From Seison nebaliae (taxonomy: Eukaryota), in contig JALJEE010001129.1 of the NCBI GenBank assembly GCA_023231475.1, forward strand, positions 1 to 37,990: DNA of 37,990 bases, in the 5' to 3' direction. The notes below the pieces were generated by a model that was not told the DNA's origin, ran no database searches, and saw only the letters and a program-made list of their open reading frames with translations. A program made the translations under genes and the position numbers. How positions within the stretch are numbered: the stretch's first letter is position 1; every line of letters starts with the position of its first letter. Shown here piece after piece: positions 10,801 to 24,019 of the stretch.

Positions 10801-13800
10801 GGAGAAAGTATTATTGTTCTTCATCTGATTATATTGTGTTAGATATGAATAGTCGTTCGAATTCTGTTTATCATACGACTAATTGTCAAAGAATAAAAAT
10901 GATTTCTACAAAAAATACCAAATTTTTAACGTCTGATCTTTTGTGGAGGAGCCAATTGTCTTGATCTGTTTCATCAACTGATTCCTCATTTTCATGATTC
11001 GATACCGTATGAGAAGTCTTCAAAGAATTCTTTTTTTTGTTCTGGAAGTATTTGACAAATTTTTGAAATTTTATAAAGTAGAATTTGGCTGTAACTTCTT
11101 CTTTTTGTAAATAAAATCGATAAGTATTCTCAATATTATTCGTATAAGTATTATGATTCTTTTGAGATTTCTACGAGTGAACAAATTTCAATTACATTTC
11201 TCTCAATTTCAATATTATATTAACATGTTTATTTAATATTGTGATCGATATGGCTTTACTGATCATACTGTTGGCAGGTGAATCTTTCCCGTTCGATGAA
11301 CGGACAACTTTCGACCAAATTCTATAAAATTCTGGGATCAGTTGATTCGTTCTCCTTTTGGCTTCATAGACGTCAATTGGATTCAGATAAGTTCGACTCA
11401 ATTCTTCCATGAGTAACAACCATATATTTTCCTGCGTTTTCAACACGTCTTTTTCTCCCGTCGAATATTCTGCAAACAGAATAGCTAAAAAGTGAAGTGA
11501 TAATAAAGAAATAAACTTCCATAAGACTCTTCCAAACTTTGATATTCGCCAAATAGTAAAGTTGTAATTTGTTTCAATGTGTTGCAATCTATAATAAAGG
11601 AAAAGAATGATAGTGAGAGGAGAAGGAAGGATCGAATCAATCTCAATTTACTATGGAAATATCAGAGTAATTTCCAAATATGTTCAGATAATCTCTCAAC
11701 ACATTCAACTTCCTCAAAAACTCGATATGAAATTTATTATGTAACCTGATTTGATCGACGAATTTAGAGTGTTACTCTCCAATAACGTATGTAAGTTGAA
11801 ATGGAACTTCTCCAACCGTTTGATGACATTTGCATCATATTTGATCTTCTTCAACACTAAAAATAAAAGAAGGAAAAAATTATTAAACATTTTTTATGTT
11901 TGTAAATTAAATAAATAGTTTGATTTTGACAAGAAATTTGAGAGATTTGTAAAAATTATTTGAAAATTATAAAAATTCATAAAATATTTTAAAGTAAAAT
12001 TCAAGAATTACCTTCATCGAGATAATCAATTTCGTACGTATAATCGGATGTCCGATATATTAATTTCTTAGAATTATTTTCTTTATATCTCTTCCGAATG
12101 AGGGTTGACGATGTGGTGTTGGTGAGGGAATCGATCATTGAATAATTCTCTCTTAACGGTTTTGGGGAATTGTCTTCGATTAGACTATTAGGAATTGTCG
12201 ATCGAATTTTCAATTCATTTTGTCCATAACATTGCCCATTCTGACTTTCGGCTTCATGTGAAACTTTTGATGAAGTGAAAAATGGCTCATCTTCCAAAAT
12301 GGCCGTATTGATACCAATCATATTACGTAATTTCATAACTGATATCGAAGTTGAATCGGAGTCGGAGTCAGCTGAACGTCGATCGGTTGTATAAGAAGTG
12401 GATCTCGAATGATTACATTGTGAACAATTGAGTGAGTGATGAGAACCGTTCGAATGAAACATTGTCAGCGAATGATGTCTGATTCGTTTCAACTTTCGTC
12501 GTCGACAACGAGAAGATTTTCGGAAACTATTAAATTGATTGTGTATCAGTTTCCCGGACAAATACGTTGATGTTCCGATAATTTCGTCGTAAGTTGATGT
12601 CAATTTATCGATATGCGAATTATCTCTCATTGTCTGTTGCCAACTATTAACATGAGGAAACTTTTGACTTATCATTTCCTTACTCATCTCATTCGATAAC
12701 ATTGTGGTGGTGAGTCCTTTTTTCCTAATGCTATTTGATTTTGTAACATATTCGTTGATTTGCTGATCATTAAAATTATTAATTCGGTCATTATAATAAT
12801 AAAATTTCTTTTCATTTGAATGATTGTTGTTAGAGTTCTTTTCATTATTACTCTTTATATCAATATAATCATCAAATGAATTGTCAATTGAATTATCTAA
12901 TGAATTCAAAATTTCATTAGATATCAATTTCACTTTCTTTGTAGTACATTCATCTTTCCTCATCCGATTCACTTGATAAACGAACGTCATATCTTTATCA
13001 TTGTCGATATGGATCTGTTTCTTTCGTTTATGCAAATTCCCGATAGAACATTGAGATGTGATTGGTGACGATGTAATATGTGTCGTCGACGACGATGGAG
13101 TTATCGACGTCGGTATCGAACAAGAGATAGAATGATAGTCGTATGGAGTTCTCGTCGAATTATCACTCAAATTAGAGAATGATGATAATGACGTTGTCGA
13201 TGCATTGCTCCAATCATTTTTGAAAAACAAATCAGGAATTGACGAATATTTGCGATGAGTTAAATCGAATGTTAAAATATGTTTTGGACCTTCATCATCA
13301 TCGTCGTCATCCTCATCCTCATCATCCTCATCATCATCATCATCGTCATCTTCTTCACTTTGAAGATATGTCATTTGTTCAGTTAATTCATCGACCGTTT
13401 TACTTATCGTCGTAAATGTTGTTATTGTTTTTGTTCCGTTCTGCTGATTGTGGAATGGTGTCGAACTGAAATTTGGACTACCGCAAGAAGAAGCTGCTAA
13501 TAAGTCGTCGGTGGAACGTGATCGACGTTTGTATAAAGTCTGCGGAATCACGTCATAAACTGATGGTTTTCGAAGAAATGTTTCGATTCGATTCAAATCA
13601 TCGGATGACAAAATTTTAACATTATTGTTAAAACTTAGTTCTTTACTTTCCACCAAATTTTCAGAAAATAATAATTTATCGTCATTTATATCATTGATTC
13701 GTTCGTATTCATGATTTTCGTTAGAGATGAGTGGATGTTTATTTAGGAGTAATTCATGGAAAATTGGACGAACTATACTCATCAAATTGTTGATATTTCT

Positions 13801-16800
13801 ATCATTCTTTTCTTTTAATGTATTCATCGTAGATAGAAAAGTTTCTGATGTACAAGTGGATGATAATAATGGAATTGACGAATTGGTTATTATTGTTGTT
13901 GGTATTGTTGTCGTTATGTTTTTTGACGATATAGCTGTTGATGAAGAAGATGATGATGTTGATGAGGAAAAGAAGAACTTATTTGATTTAATTTCTTCGT
14001 AGTGAACGTCTGATGGTGGTGGTGGTGATGATGGTGGAATATCATTGATACTCTCGCTAGTTACAATATCATGATGATGGTAAATGAAATTTTTATTGAT
14101 ATTTAGTTCAATATTGTTATTGGAACAATTTCCATCACAATTATTTTTCCTGCCATTATCATTCATTCTATAATAATTATCTTCATTATCATCATCGTTC
14201 TCTTCCATTATAGGTGTTAAATTTGTTTCCGCTTTCTTATTCATCTGGTTCAATTGCGCCATTAATTGACAACGTTCCCGATAGAGTAAATAAAAAAATA
14301 TTATTTCATTCAATTTCTTATTCGGCAGTTTATCAAGAAACCCTATTAGAGCTGTCAAATCTTTCGCATAAGCAATTGGCAATCTCATGTCATTTAAGAC
14401 CGCCACCGAAAATTCATTATCAGAATCAATATCTATTCCTCTTTGATCGTCATCTTCATCACTTCCATCATCCATTAGTGATTTATCGTCTTTTCTCCTT
14501 TTCAAATCTAACTCCGATATCAATTCTTCATGATGTCTCACTTTTATTTTTCGTTCAGTACAGAACAGTGTGACATCGCTACAGGTATCGATGTTCGTTT
14601 GGTCTAATGGCAAATTATTATTCTTCTTAATTTGAATTCGTCTACCGATTTCTTCATTCATTTCTGTTCTCTCGTAAAATTTTTTGTGAGTTTCATAAAA
14701 CTTCTCAATCTAATTTCAATTTCATGAAAAAGGAACTTCTAAATTGAAATTGTGATAAGAAATATATTGACACTAATATGTCATAATCAATTCGGGGGAA
14801 ATATATCAGATCAATTTTTATCAGATCTGGAAATTAACAAAAGAAATTCACTTTTCAATTACATCGCACAGATTTTGCTTTACAATCATCTTATTAAGGA
14901 ACTTAAATCATTACAACAACATCTTTCTTTTTTCCGTCGTTATTATCATCTTCCAAAATGTTGTTTCTCTCGTTACTCGATATATATGTTGTTCATCGAG
15001 ATAGTTCTTTATTTGTTACCTCAACTCATTATTACCTCAATGATAATGTTAGAAATGGTGATATGACTATAGTTTTAAGCTTCCGTCTATTTTACCTTTT
15101 TTTGTGTTCAGAACTCTGACAAAATTGTGAGTTCATTCGTTTTCTTTAGAAATTGATGTAACTTCTCTTTTGAGCCAATAATATATCACTCTCGTTTTTT
15201 TCTTCTACATTTTATTTCATACAATACAATGACACAAATTAATAAGGAGACTCTTTTGAAATAAATTCGTCTGAATTTCTTCATACAAATGACTCGCAAT
15301 GACGGAATAGAAAAGTCCCTCCCAATTTTCTCTTGAAGGAAAATAATTTAAATAAACAATATTCGACCTCGGGATTTTTTGTTAACCATATTCATTCATC
15401 AATCGTCGATAGGAAGATATTTATAATGATTATGAATTCCGAATGATATTTACTATTCTTCTTCTTCTTCATTTCTCAATGAATATAATTAACCGAAATT
15501 TTAATTTACATAAATTATTTTTGAAAAAAAAACATGGATGATACATCATCTCGTTTTTGTGGAGACAATAACAAATCAATCAATAAAATGATTTTCAAAT
15601 AAAATAACGAGAAGTTCTTGGAAAAAAATAACATCTCATCATCATTCTTGGAAGTTGTCAAAATTGTATTGGAATGTTCATAGCAACCAAATGAATGTTT
15701 GAATTCCATTGAACGGTTCAAAAGAATGATTATGAAATTTATGAGACAATTTAAACATAATTTTTTCCTCTTATCGATATTTTCGATAATTTAAATTTTT
15801 TCAATAAAACTAATTCAGATTGAATTAAAATGTAACAAATAGAATGTTAATAAAAAGAAAAATATATTCGAAATTCGAATAAAGAGAAATTAAAAAAAGA
15901 AAAAATTTAATTTTATTAATAAATTAATGAGAAAATTGAACTAACAGTCTCGACAGGCGTTTTGAATTTGAAGATTTTTATTATAGTCTTGATTAGAAAA
16001 ATTATCGTCTGTAGAATTAGAAATGATGAATTATAATCTATCGATCAATCGATATTAACCATCATGTAATGGGATGTTGAATACGATTCTTGCTAAATGT
16101 TTATGTTTCCTCTTCAGAATACGATATTTAACGATGGAACGCTTCTTCAAATTTACTTCCAATAAATTCAACAATTTCACCATATACCAACACTGTAATC
16201 GAATTTGATAATCGCTGAAAGAAATGGTAGTGGATACGGATCGTCCTTTGGAACAATCTAACACTGCATCACAATTAGCACACAAAGATCCAAATTTATC
16301 CTTTTTAGCCATGTCAGCCGAATGACTATTATGTTTCACCTTTTCTTTACATTTCACCGAAATTTTACGTTTAGGTATCTGAGATCTAGCTCGTCGACGA
16401 TTGTGATTTATTTCATAATAATTGAAATCTGATGTTACTTCAGAATTTGATGTTGATGATTTATCGTCGGATTTCGAATCATGATCATCTTCATCCTCCG
16501 TTTGCTCGTCATAATACCAATGTACTTTAACAGACATCGATTCACCGATACCACGCACTTCCCACGATAATAAACGACCTGCATTCTGCAAATCATTTAA
16601 AGCGTTGATCAATGATGGTGGAATTGTCGATGTCACATCTTTATTTTCTAGAGAGAATTTCGTCGAATTAATTGTTGGTGTGACGGACGAACATTTCGGC
16701 TTAGTGTTAATTGTTGTCGTATTATTGTTTGATAGAGATGAGAGGAGATTGAAAGGTGGAACGTTCGTTGGTAAAGTGTTTGAGATTGTTATAACATTTA

Positions 16801-16810
16801 TCTGACTCAT
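4897..16810 (-). CDS. Large multi-exon gene (possibly more than one gene or isoform): low-complexity N/S/T/D-rich protein with two tandem I-set Ig domains
   Basis: Chain of minus-strand ORFs (16055-16810, 12001-14661, 10144-10824, 8570-9259, 6987-7508, 4897-5598 and others), several ending at GT donors. Exon connectivity is not fully resolved, especially at 11590-11750 and 14710-15945. Confidence 0.55.
9505..10250 (-). other. Two tandem immunoglobulin I-set domains (spliced) within the large gene
   Basis: Ig1: PRFIRRPTDIVVRHGELAKFICKVEGTQPTEVFWYK...HVLKMYN...LILCVAANEV. Ig2: APKFLESMKDIEVYESYSASFRIKIDYGYPKCRVMFFRN...IYELTID...AKYTCKLINTSGIQETSAELYV. Confidence 0.85.
13290..13356 (-). repeat. 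Imperfect (GAY/GAR)n trinucleotide tract encoding poly-Asp/Glu
   Basis: EEDDDDDDDEDDEDEDDDDDDE within ORF 12001-14661. Confidence 0.9.
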
Positions 16811-19800
16811 GATTTAGTTGAATGAAGAGAATGTCGAAAGTAACGACTGGAAATTAACTTCCATTTATTTTTATTTCAATAGTCCATTTCAATCTCTGAT
16901 CAATAAGTCGTTCAAAAATTTCGTTAAAAGAATCTGTTAAGTGAAACGATATGTGTTACTATCTATAAAAAATTCGATTGAATCTAATGTGGGAAAGTTT
17001 AACGAAAATTAGAAAGAATTTTCACGTTCAATCTCCTTTAGGGGGAGAGTGATGTAAAATGGAAAGAATTGTTTCTTTAAGAGGAATTCGTATGAATCGA
17101 ACAATAAAACATTCGATTGAAATTTTCATTCTCCATTTAGTGGAACACATGAGATGATGAAAGAGGTGAAAAGGAAAGACTGAATCGAGTAGTGTGCAGT
17201 TGATTGCTATGAAAGATGATTTCCGATAAGTTTCCCTCAGTTATGATATGAATATTTTGGAACGACATATGTACTTTGTGTGTCCGTTGGGTAAAGGAAC
17301 GAAAAGAAGAGGAATAGTTTCATTCAACAAACAATTTATTCGAATTTAAGAGGAAGTATGAAACAAGTACATAAATTACATCATATGAGTAAGATGTGGT
17401 CTATCGGAAAGTACTACGACGACTAGACCACAAGTGATTTAAGTGGATATGTATAAATTTATTATCATCCCCTCTCATACATATCGTCGTCATGTGGAGT
17501 ACTCTCATTTAATTTATTAAAAAGAATATTGAAAATTTCTTTTATAACCAAAAATATTTCCAATGAAATCATTCATAATTCGTTCGAGTGAGAGAAAAGA
17601 AAATCGATAAATTATTATTCTTTCCATTATTTAAACATAATTCCTTCACGATGGTTATGACAGGAACACAGACTCTATTTAATTACGATCATTTTCCATT
17701 ACATAATCATTTATTATGATTAATCAGACCACTCTATCAGAAAAGAGGTAACGTGAGAAAGCATAAATACGATTCTCGATACATCGATCGATAACGATAA
17801 TAATTTCAACGATTCTTCCCATCCGCCCGTTAATTTTCCTCTCATATGATAAATAGAGTGAACACACGGAAAATAAATTGAGGAGAAATTTGAATATTTT
17901 AGTTTGACATAACAAAAAATTAAATGAGGTAATAGTCCGTCAACGAAGATGGGTATTTCAAATAATTTAACCATGCCTCGATAATTTTTGATGGAAAATT
18001 TTACGAAAAAATTTTTCAAAAAAACTATAAATTGTCATTAAAAAATCGATTATCGAAGTTCATGTTATTGATAATGATCGATAATTGCCTAGTTGAAAAT
18101 TGTGACTTATAAAATAGATTAGAAAGAATAAACACAAAGTTTTTTCTGTTAAGTTCTATGTTAAACATTCGTGTTAAGTAACAAAATAGTTTAGTTGAAA
18201 AACAATTCGGTTTTTTTCTCAAACATATCGATAAATATTCGAGAAATCTATAAAAGAGAATTGAATGAATTTATTTCTTTCATTCAATCAATCGATTCTG
18301 ATAACGTTGACAATTGATGTTGTTTGACTAGTGATATCCATCCATAATTTTCACATGACACTTGTCAACAGAAACGTTCGTTAGCCCCATTTGTAATAGA
18401 ATTAAAGTTCTTCTTACGATATATATCACGATTGTTTGTTATCGATGATTATGTAAAGAAGATGGATGTGTTGGAATGATATCATCGTTTAATAACGATT
18501 TGGATTGAGGAAGATATCAAATTCATTTTCAAATGTTATCAGAGAAAGGAGAGTTGTTTGATTAATTGTAAATGAATAAGAATGAGGTCGATACGATAAA
18601 TGAACGGTTTATCCTTCTTCTCAATGTTTCATCATTGACAATTCGTCAACATCTTAATATTCGAACGAGGAATATGAGAGTAACTGATGTAATCGATAAT
18701 AAAGAAAGGAACGACTGAGAATGAATAGAAATAGGAAATTCTATTTAGATATTTCTTCTTTCCAATTCTTATTTGTGAAGAAATCTTCTTATAATTTAAT
18801 TGAATTCTATTTTTTCTCGGGCGTATGGAAATGTGTTTAACGAATCACAAACGAAATAATTCGGAGAACGACGAATGATTTAAATTGATTCAGATTGTGT
18901 CGTTTAAATAGTTAATTGTATTACGTCAGCTATCTATAATGGGAATGAATGAATGACGGAACATTCATAAATAATCATCAGGAAGATCTGATTTCGTTCG
19001 ATGGAAGATTCCATTTGAAGCGACTTGATTTCTAGAAAAATTGAAGCGAGGTGAAAGGGAAAGCGTTCATCGTTTGATTGAATGCGGAACTAGACAGTCA
19101 ATGTCATTCCAATTCATTTATAAACATTTAGATAAAGAAAACAATTTATTTATATTCCCCAATGAGAGAGCAACATCAATTAAAGGTAAGAATTCTCTCT
19201 GATGCTTACTTCCTCCATTACACATCTCGTCCACACCAGTATAATAAAAATATAATTTTGACACATATCTTCAATTTTCATTCACAAACAAAATGATAAT
19301 GGAATGAGTCAAATTGTTTTCTACGTAACTCGACGACATAATCAGAATTACGTAAATAAAAAAAAACCTTTACATTTTTCTCGCACTATAAAAATTTATT
19401 AAATAGCTTTTCAGTAGAAGGAGAGTCCAGTTTTGATGGACATAATTTAATCAGATAAAGGTTAAATCGATGGGAAGTCTGAACGAGAAATATTCTATAA
19501 TAATAAAAATGAAATTAATAAAAAAAAATTTTATTATTTACATTATTTCCATTATCCTTCATGCTTGGGAAAAACGGGCGAACTTATCAATTATGTTAGA
19601 AAGGGGAAATTTCATAAATTAATTTTGTAACACATTTCTAATTGTTCGTCAAGAAATGTACCATCGATATCCATTAGGATGGATATTAGTCATAATCAGA
19701 TAGAAAGGATTTCATTGAACATTACCGGTTCATTGTCATCATCTGGTCATTGTGTCCTCTTTAGTTTCACACAATTTCTCTTTTTCACACCATCATTTAA

Positions 19801-20902
19801 TGATTCAAAATTGAATGACCTGATAATTCTTCAACTTTTTCTTTTCACATTTATTCACCTGTTTAATGATTGTCTCATTTGTCTGCATGATGTGATAGTA
19901 TTTGAATAATGATTTTGAACAGATTAAAAAAAATCTCTCATTGATGTGTCGTCGAGAAATATTATTGAATAGTAAAACGAATGATCAATGTTGTGCATCG
20001 ATTGAATAAGAGAAGAAATAGTAAATGAATATTCTGTACCTGTATTGACGAAAATCTAATTGACCTAAATACCGCCGAATCGATGGACCACTTATTCAAT
20101 TATAATTAAAAATCTATACAAGATTCTTTAATTCTTTCTTGCTATTTTCATCGTGATGTTGTTCGGCAATATTCATTAAATCATTTTTAAAGTAGTTTAT
20201 TCGTCGATTCATTTACGTACCGTTTACCCATATTTAATGTTCTTACATTACCGTATAACCAGATAAAATTCGAATCATTTGATTCGACCAAAACAAAGGT
20301 TTATTTCACAGAACTTTCGATCTCCTCCTCCCCCCACCTTACTTAACTTCACTTCATCAGTCAACTATCAATTAAACTGATTATTTCATTTGAATCCGAT
20401 GACATCAATCCAAATCGGTGATCTAATAAAACCGAATATTTCATTTATCCATTTATCATCCGGTTTGAATAATATTGGCAAGTTGGTCGTTTCTCTTTTA
20501 TAATTAATCGATTATTTCAAAATCTCATTCTCATTTCTCAACATTTTATCCCAACGGAAAATAATTACTTCAATTCATAAGTTGAGAAAATAGAAAAAGA
20601 AACAAATATTTCATTGACGATTACTCATTTATGTTAATTTGACATGAACTTTGCAATAAATTTATTACATTGCTCAACAATTTCTGATGATCAGAAACTT
20701 GAACTCAAAAAATTAAGATAAAATATAAAGAAATAAAAAAATATTTTAAAAATTATTAAATAAATAAATAAAAGAATTTTCATTTTGAACCATCAGATCA
20801 TTTGGAGCTGATTAAAAATGATTAAAAACGAATTGAAGAGGTTATAAGTAGAATCTAAATTTGATGTCATAGCTCAATTATTGTCGAATTGATTATATAA
20901 TA

Positions 20903-22147
20903 ATGTTACGATACAATTTAATAAATCGATTATTGTCGGCATCATATTCCAGTTTTGCAGGCATACGGCGAACAGATGTGACGAATGTTCGGCAATTCAT
21001 TTATCCAGAAGAATTGCCAGCCATTCCAGTATATCGTATAATGAAAACTGACGGACAATTAGAATTGGATGAAGGTGAAAAAGAATCAGATTTGATAGAT
21101 AAGAAATCTGCACGTAAAATTTACAAAAATATGACATTATTAAATACGATGGATAAAGTTCTGTTCGATACGCAACGACAAGGACGAATCTCTTTCTATA
21201 TGACATCGTATGGAGAGGAAGGTACACATATCGGATCAGCGTCTGCATTAGCTCCAAATGATTTAATTTTTGCTCAATATCGTGAAGCTGGTGTGTTGTT
21301 ATATCGAGGATTTTCCATCATTGATATGATGAATCAATGTTTTGGCAATGATCACGATCCAGCAAAAGGACGACAAATGCCTGTCCATTACGGTAGTCGA
21401 GAACATTCGTTCGTTATGATATCATCCACATTATCTACTCAATTACCTCAAGCTGTCGGTGCCGCTTATGCCATAAAACGGAAAAATGAAGATCGATGTG
21501 TGGTAGCTTATTTTGGTGAAGGAGCAGCATCAGAAGGTGACGCACATGCTGCACTCAATTTCGCTTCTACATTAGAATGTCCAATCATCTTTTTTTGCAG
21601 AAATAATGGTTATGCCATTTCCACACCATCAGAAGAACAATATCGAGGTGACGGTATTGCTGGACGAGGAATAGCTTACGGAATGTTAACAATTCGAGTT
21701 GATGGTAATGATGTTTTAGGCGTTCGTAGTGCGATGAAAGAAGCGCGACATTTAACTATCACTCAAAATCGTCCAGTTCTCATTGAAGCGATGACTTATC
21801 GTATTGGTCATCATAGCACGTCAGATGACTCGTTGGCATATCGATCAGTTGATGAAATTAATCTTTATAGTGATCGTGATCATCCAATTGAAAGATTTAA
21901 AAAATATTTAATTAATAAAAAATGGTGGAATGATGAGGAAGAAAAGGAATGGATGAATGAAACGAAGAAAATTGTGAGAAAATCTTTCACAGAAGCTGAA
22001 AAAGTTCCTTTGACCAATATCAATGACGCAGTTTTCGAACAAGTTTATGACGAACTTCATCCAAGACTTCAAGTACAAAAGAAAGAATTCATCGAACATT
22101 TCCACAAATATGGGGAACATTACGATTTGTCAAGACATAAAAAATAA
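20903..22147 (+). CDS. BCKDHA: Branched-chain alpha-keto acid dehydrogenase E1 alpha subunit, mitochondrial; intronless
   Basis: QRQGRISFYMTSYGEEG, KGRQMPVHYGS, TPP-binding YFGEGAASEGDAHAALNFA...CRNNGYAIST, phosphorylation loop TYRIGHHSTSDDS; Arg/Ser-rich N-terminal presequence. Confidence 0.97.
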   Translation: MLRYNLINRLLSASYSSFAGIRRTDVTNVRQFIYPEELPAIPVYRIMKTDGQLELDEGEKESDLIDKKSARKIYKNMTLLNTMDKVLFDTQRQGRISFYMTSYGEEGTHIGSASALAPNDLIFAQYREAGVLLYRGFSIIDMMNQCFGNDHDPAKGRQMPVHYGSREHSFVMISSTLSTQLPQAVGAAYAIKRKNEDRCVVAYFGEGAASEGDAHAALNFASTLECPIIFFCRNNGYAISTPSEEQYRGDGIAGRGIAYGMLTIRVDGNDVLGVRSAMKEARHLTITQNRPVLIEAMTYRIGHHSTSDDSLAYRSVDEINLYSDRDHPIERFKKYLINKKWWNDEEEKEWMNETKKIVRKSFTEAEKVPLTNINDAVFEQVYDELHPRLQVQKKEFIEHFHKYGEHYDLSRHKK

Positions 22148-22304
22148 ATTTTATAAAATCTCTCCGTTGAATGAAGTTATTTCTCCTTTTTTCTCTCTTT
22201 TAGTTTCGTCTGTCTCATCAGAAATAAAATATTGTTATCGACAGAAAAATTCTATTCACAAAATTCAAACTAATTCTAGAAAATTTTAAAATATCATTCA
22301 ATTC

Positions 22305-23712
22305 TTATGCTTCATCAGACCATTCTTCTGATGATTCTTCTGATGATTCATCGAATGATTCATCGTCAATAAATTCGTCAGATAAATCATATTCATTCGA
22401 ACCTGAATCATCTTCTTCATCAGCTAACACCGATTTGATTGATTTTCTTGCTTTTCGACTTGTTTTTCTCGATTTCTTTGATCGTCCATCACCATCACCA
22501 CCACCATCATCATCACTATCATTCCAGTCACTGTCTTTTGGATGAGCATATTGTTTCTTATGATCCAAATTCTTTCGATAACATTTCTTCCCATACGTAC
22601 AATTTGGACGTATTTTCTTTTTGAATTTCCTTTTCAGAGAATCTTTTTTTTTCGATTTTTTTTCTTCCGAGTCTTTTTTTTCAGATTTTTCTTTCGATTC
22701 TTTTTTTTCTTCTAATTTTTCTTTCGATTCTTTTTTTTCTATTGATGTTTCTTTCGATTTTATTTCTTCAGATTTTTCCTTCGATTTTGTTTTCTTATCT
22801 TTCACTTTTTCGACGGTTGATGAGAGTGCTGGTGGATCGCCTGATTTTTTTATTGTAGTTTTTTTTGTAGGTGTTTTACTTGAATGTTTCTTCGCTTCAT
22901 CATGAGAGGAACCATCTTTAAAATAAAAAATTCCTTTTGAGAAATTTTAGTAAGAATTTTAAAAAATAAACTTGAGGCAGAAATTTGAATCCATTTTGGT
23001 ATAAAGAATTTTTGTTCTTTAGAAAACTCGGGAGACTTTTCATTTTTAACTTTGGATAATTGTTCGTCGTTCGTTTTATTTGTAATTTTCTTTCGCTCTT
23101 TTTCAGTTTGAATTTCTGATAATTCTTCATCTTTCTCTTGTGAATTTTTCTTCTTCTCATTCTCTTTTGTTACATTTAATTTAGTATTATTATCTGTTGA
23201 CTTTCTTGTAGACGATTCAATTTCATCTTTTCCTTCTTTATCTCCTGATAGTTTACTATTTGCTAATTCTTTTGAGGTGTTTTTAGGATATTGATCTAAA
23301 ATTTCAATGTGATACGCAGAGTCTTTTCCACTTAAGCTTATCACGTTTCCCATATCTAAAATTTCACTATCATTTTTCTTTTTCAATGATTTCGAAATGA
23401 AATCGATTGATGATTTGCGAACGGTAATTGGATTTTTGTGAAGCTGAAAAAGAGAACATGTTAATATGGTGAAAGATCAATAATTGTGGACTAGTGTCAG
23501 TTTTATAGTTTTATCCAATTCGAATTGAATTTGACAATGTTCCCTCGAAATCTTTTTATCATTTGGACACTAATAGTTTAATAATTTTAATGCGAGAAAT
23601 AAATGAAGGAAACTTTCAAAATATCTCTGCCAATGGTGATTGTTGATCCTTTATGAATTGTCATAAACGGATCGGTTTCTGACACTAATTTTAAATAAAT
23701 TTCATTCTCCAT
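22305..23712 (-). CDS. APLF: Aprataxin and PNK-like factor; introns 23570-23613, 23444-23491, 22916-22971
   Basis: Spliced FHA domain (TIGRDILKCPNDKKISREHCQI...LHKNP), Ku-binding-like FFIPKWIQ, PBZ finger RPNCTYGKKCYRKNLDHKKQYAHP, acidic tail NEYDLSDEFIDDES. Confidence 0.88.
22640..22800 (-). repeat. Degenerate KKESKEK coding repeats in APLF
   Basis: KTKSKEKSEEIKSKETSIEKKESKEKLEEKKESKEKSEKKDSEEKKSKKKDS; recurring TCTTTCGATT-like unit on the + strand. Confidence 0.8.
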
Positions 23713-24019
23713 TTATGTGTTTGAGAGTCGAGTGGGAAAAAACTTAAAATTTCAGCTAAATTACTGAAATTGTTGCACAATTAGTTGTCAAGAGAAAATT
23801 TAAACAAATTTAATTTCACAATAAAAGGAAATATGCTAAATTTTCGAAGGAACTAATTATACAGAAAATATCGATCGATATAATAGAATTATGTAAAATG
23901 AGACAATTCAATATTATTCCACCAATTCCTTTACAGTTTATTTTTATTTTAAAAGAAAAATATTTGTTTAAGAGCAAAGTTCATGAGATTAGTACTTTCC
24001 GGATGTCAAATTAAAGTTT

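Noticed and set aside
13727..14573. Plus-strand ORFs opposite the 886-aa exon (also 4282-4482, 8776-9052, 22439-22905, 23983-24301, 26318-26560)
   Set aside because: Antisense shadows of low-complexity coding sequence; no independent motifs.
17720..19909. Short ORFs in the long non-coding interval (also 14752-15721, 29703-30108)
   Set aside because: F/I/L/K-biased translations typical of AT-rich non-coding DNA, often without an ATG start; no recognisable motifs.
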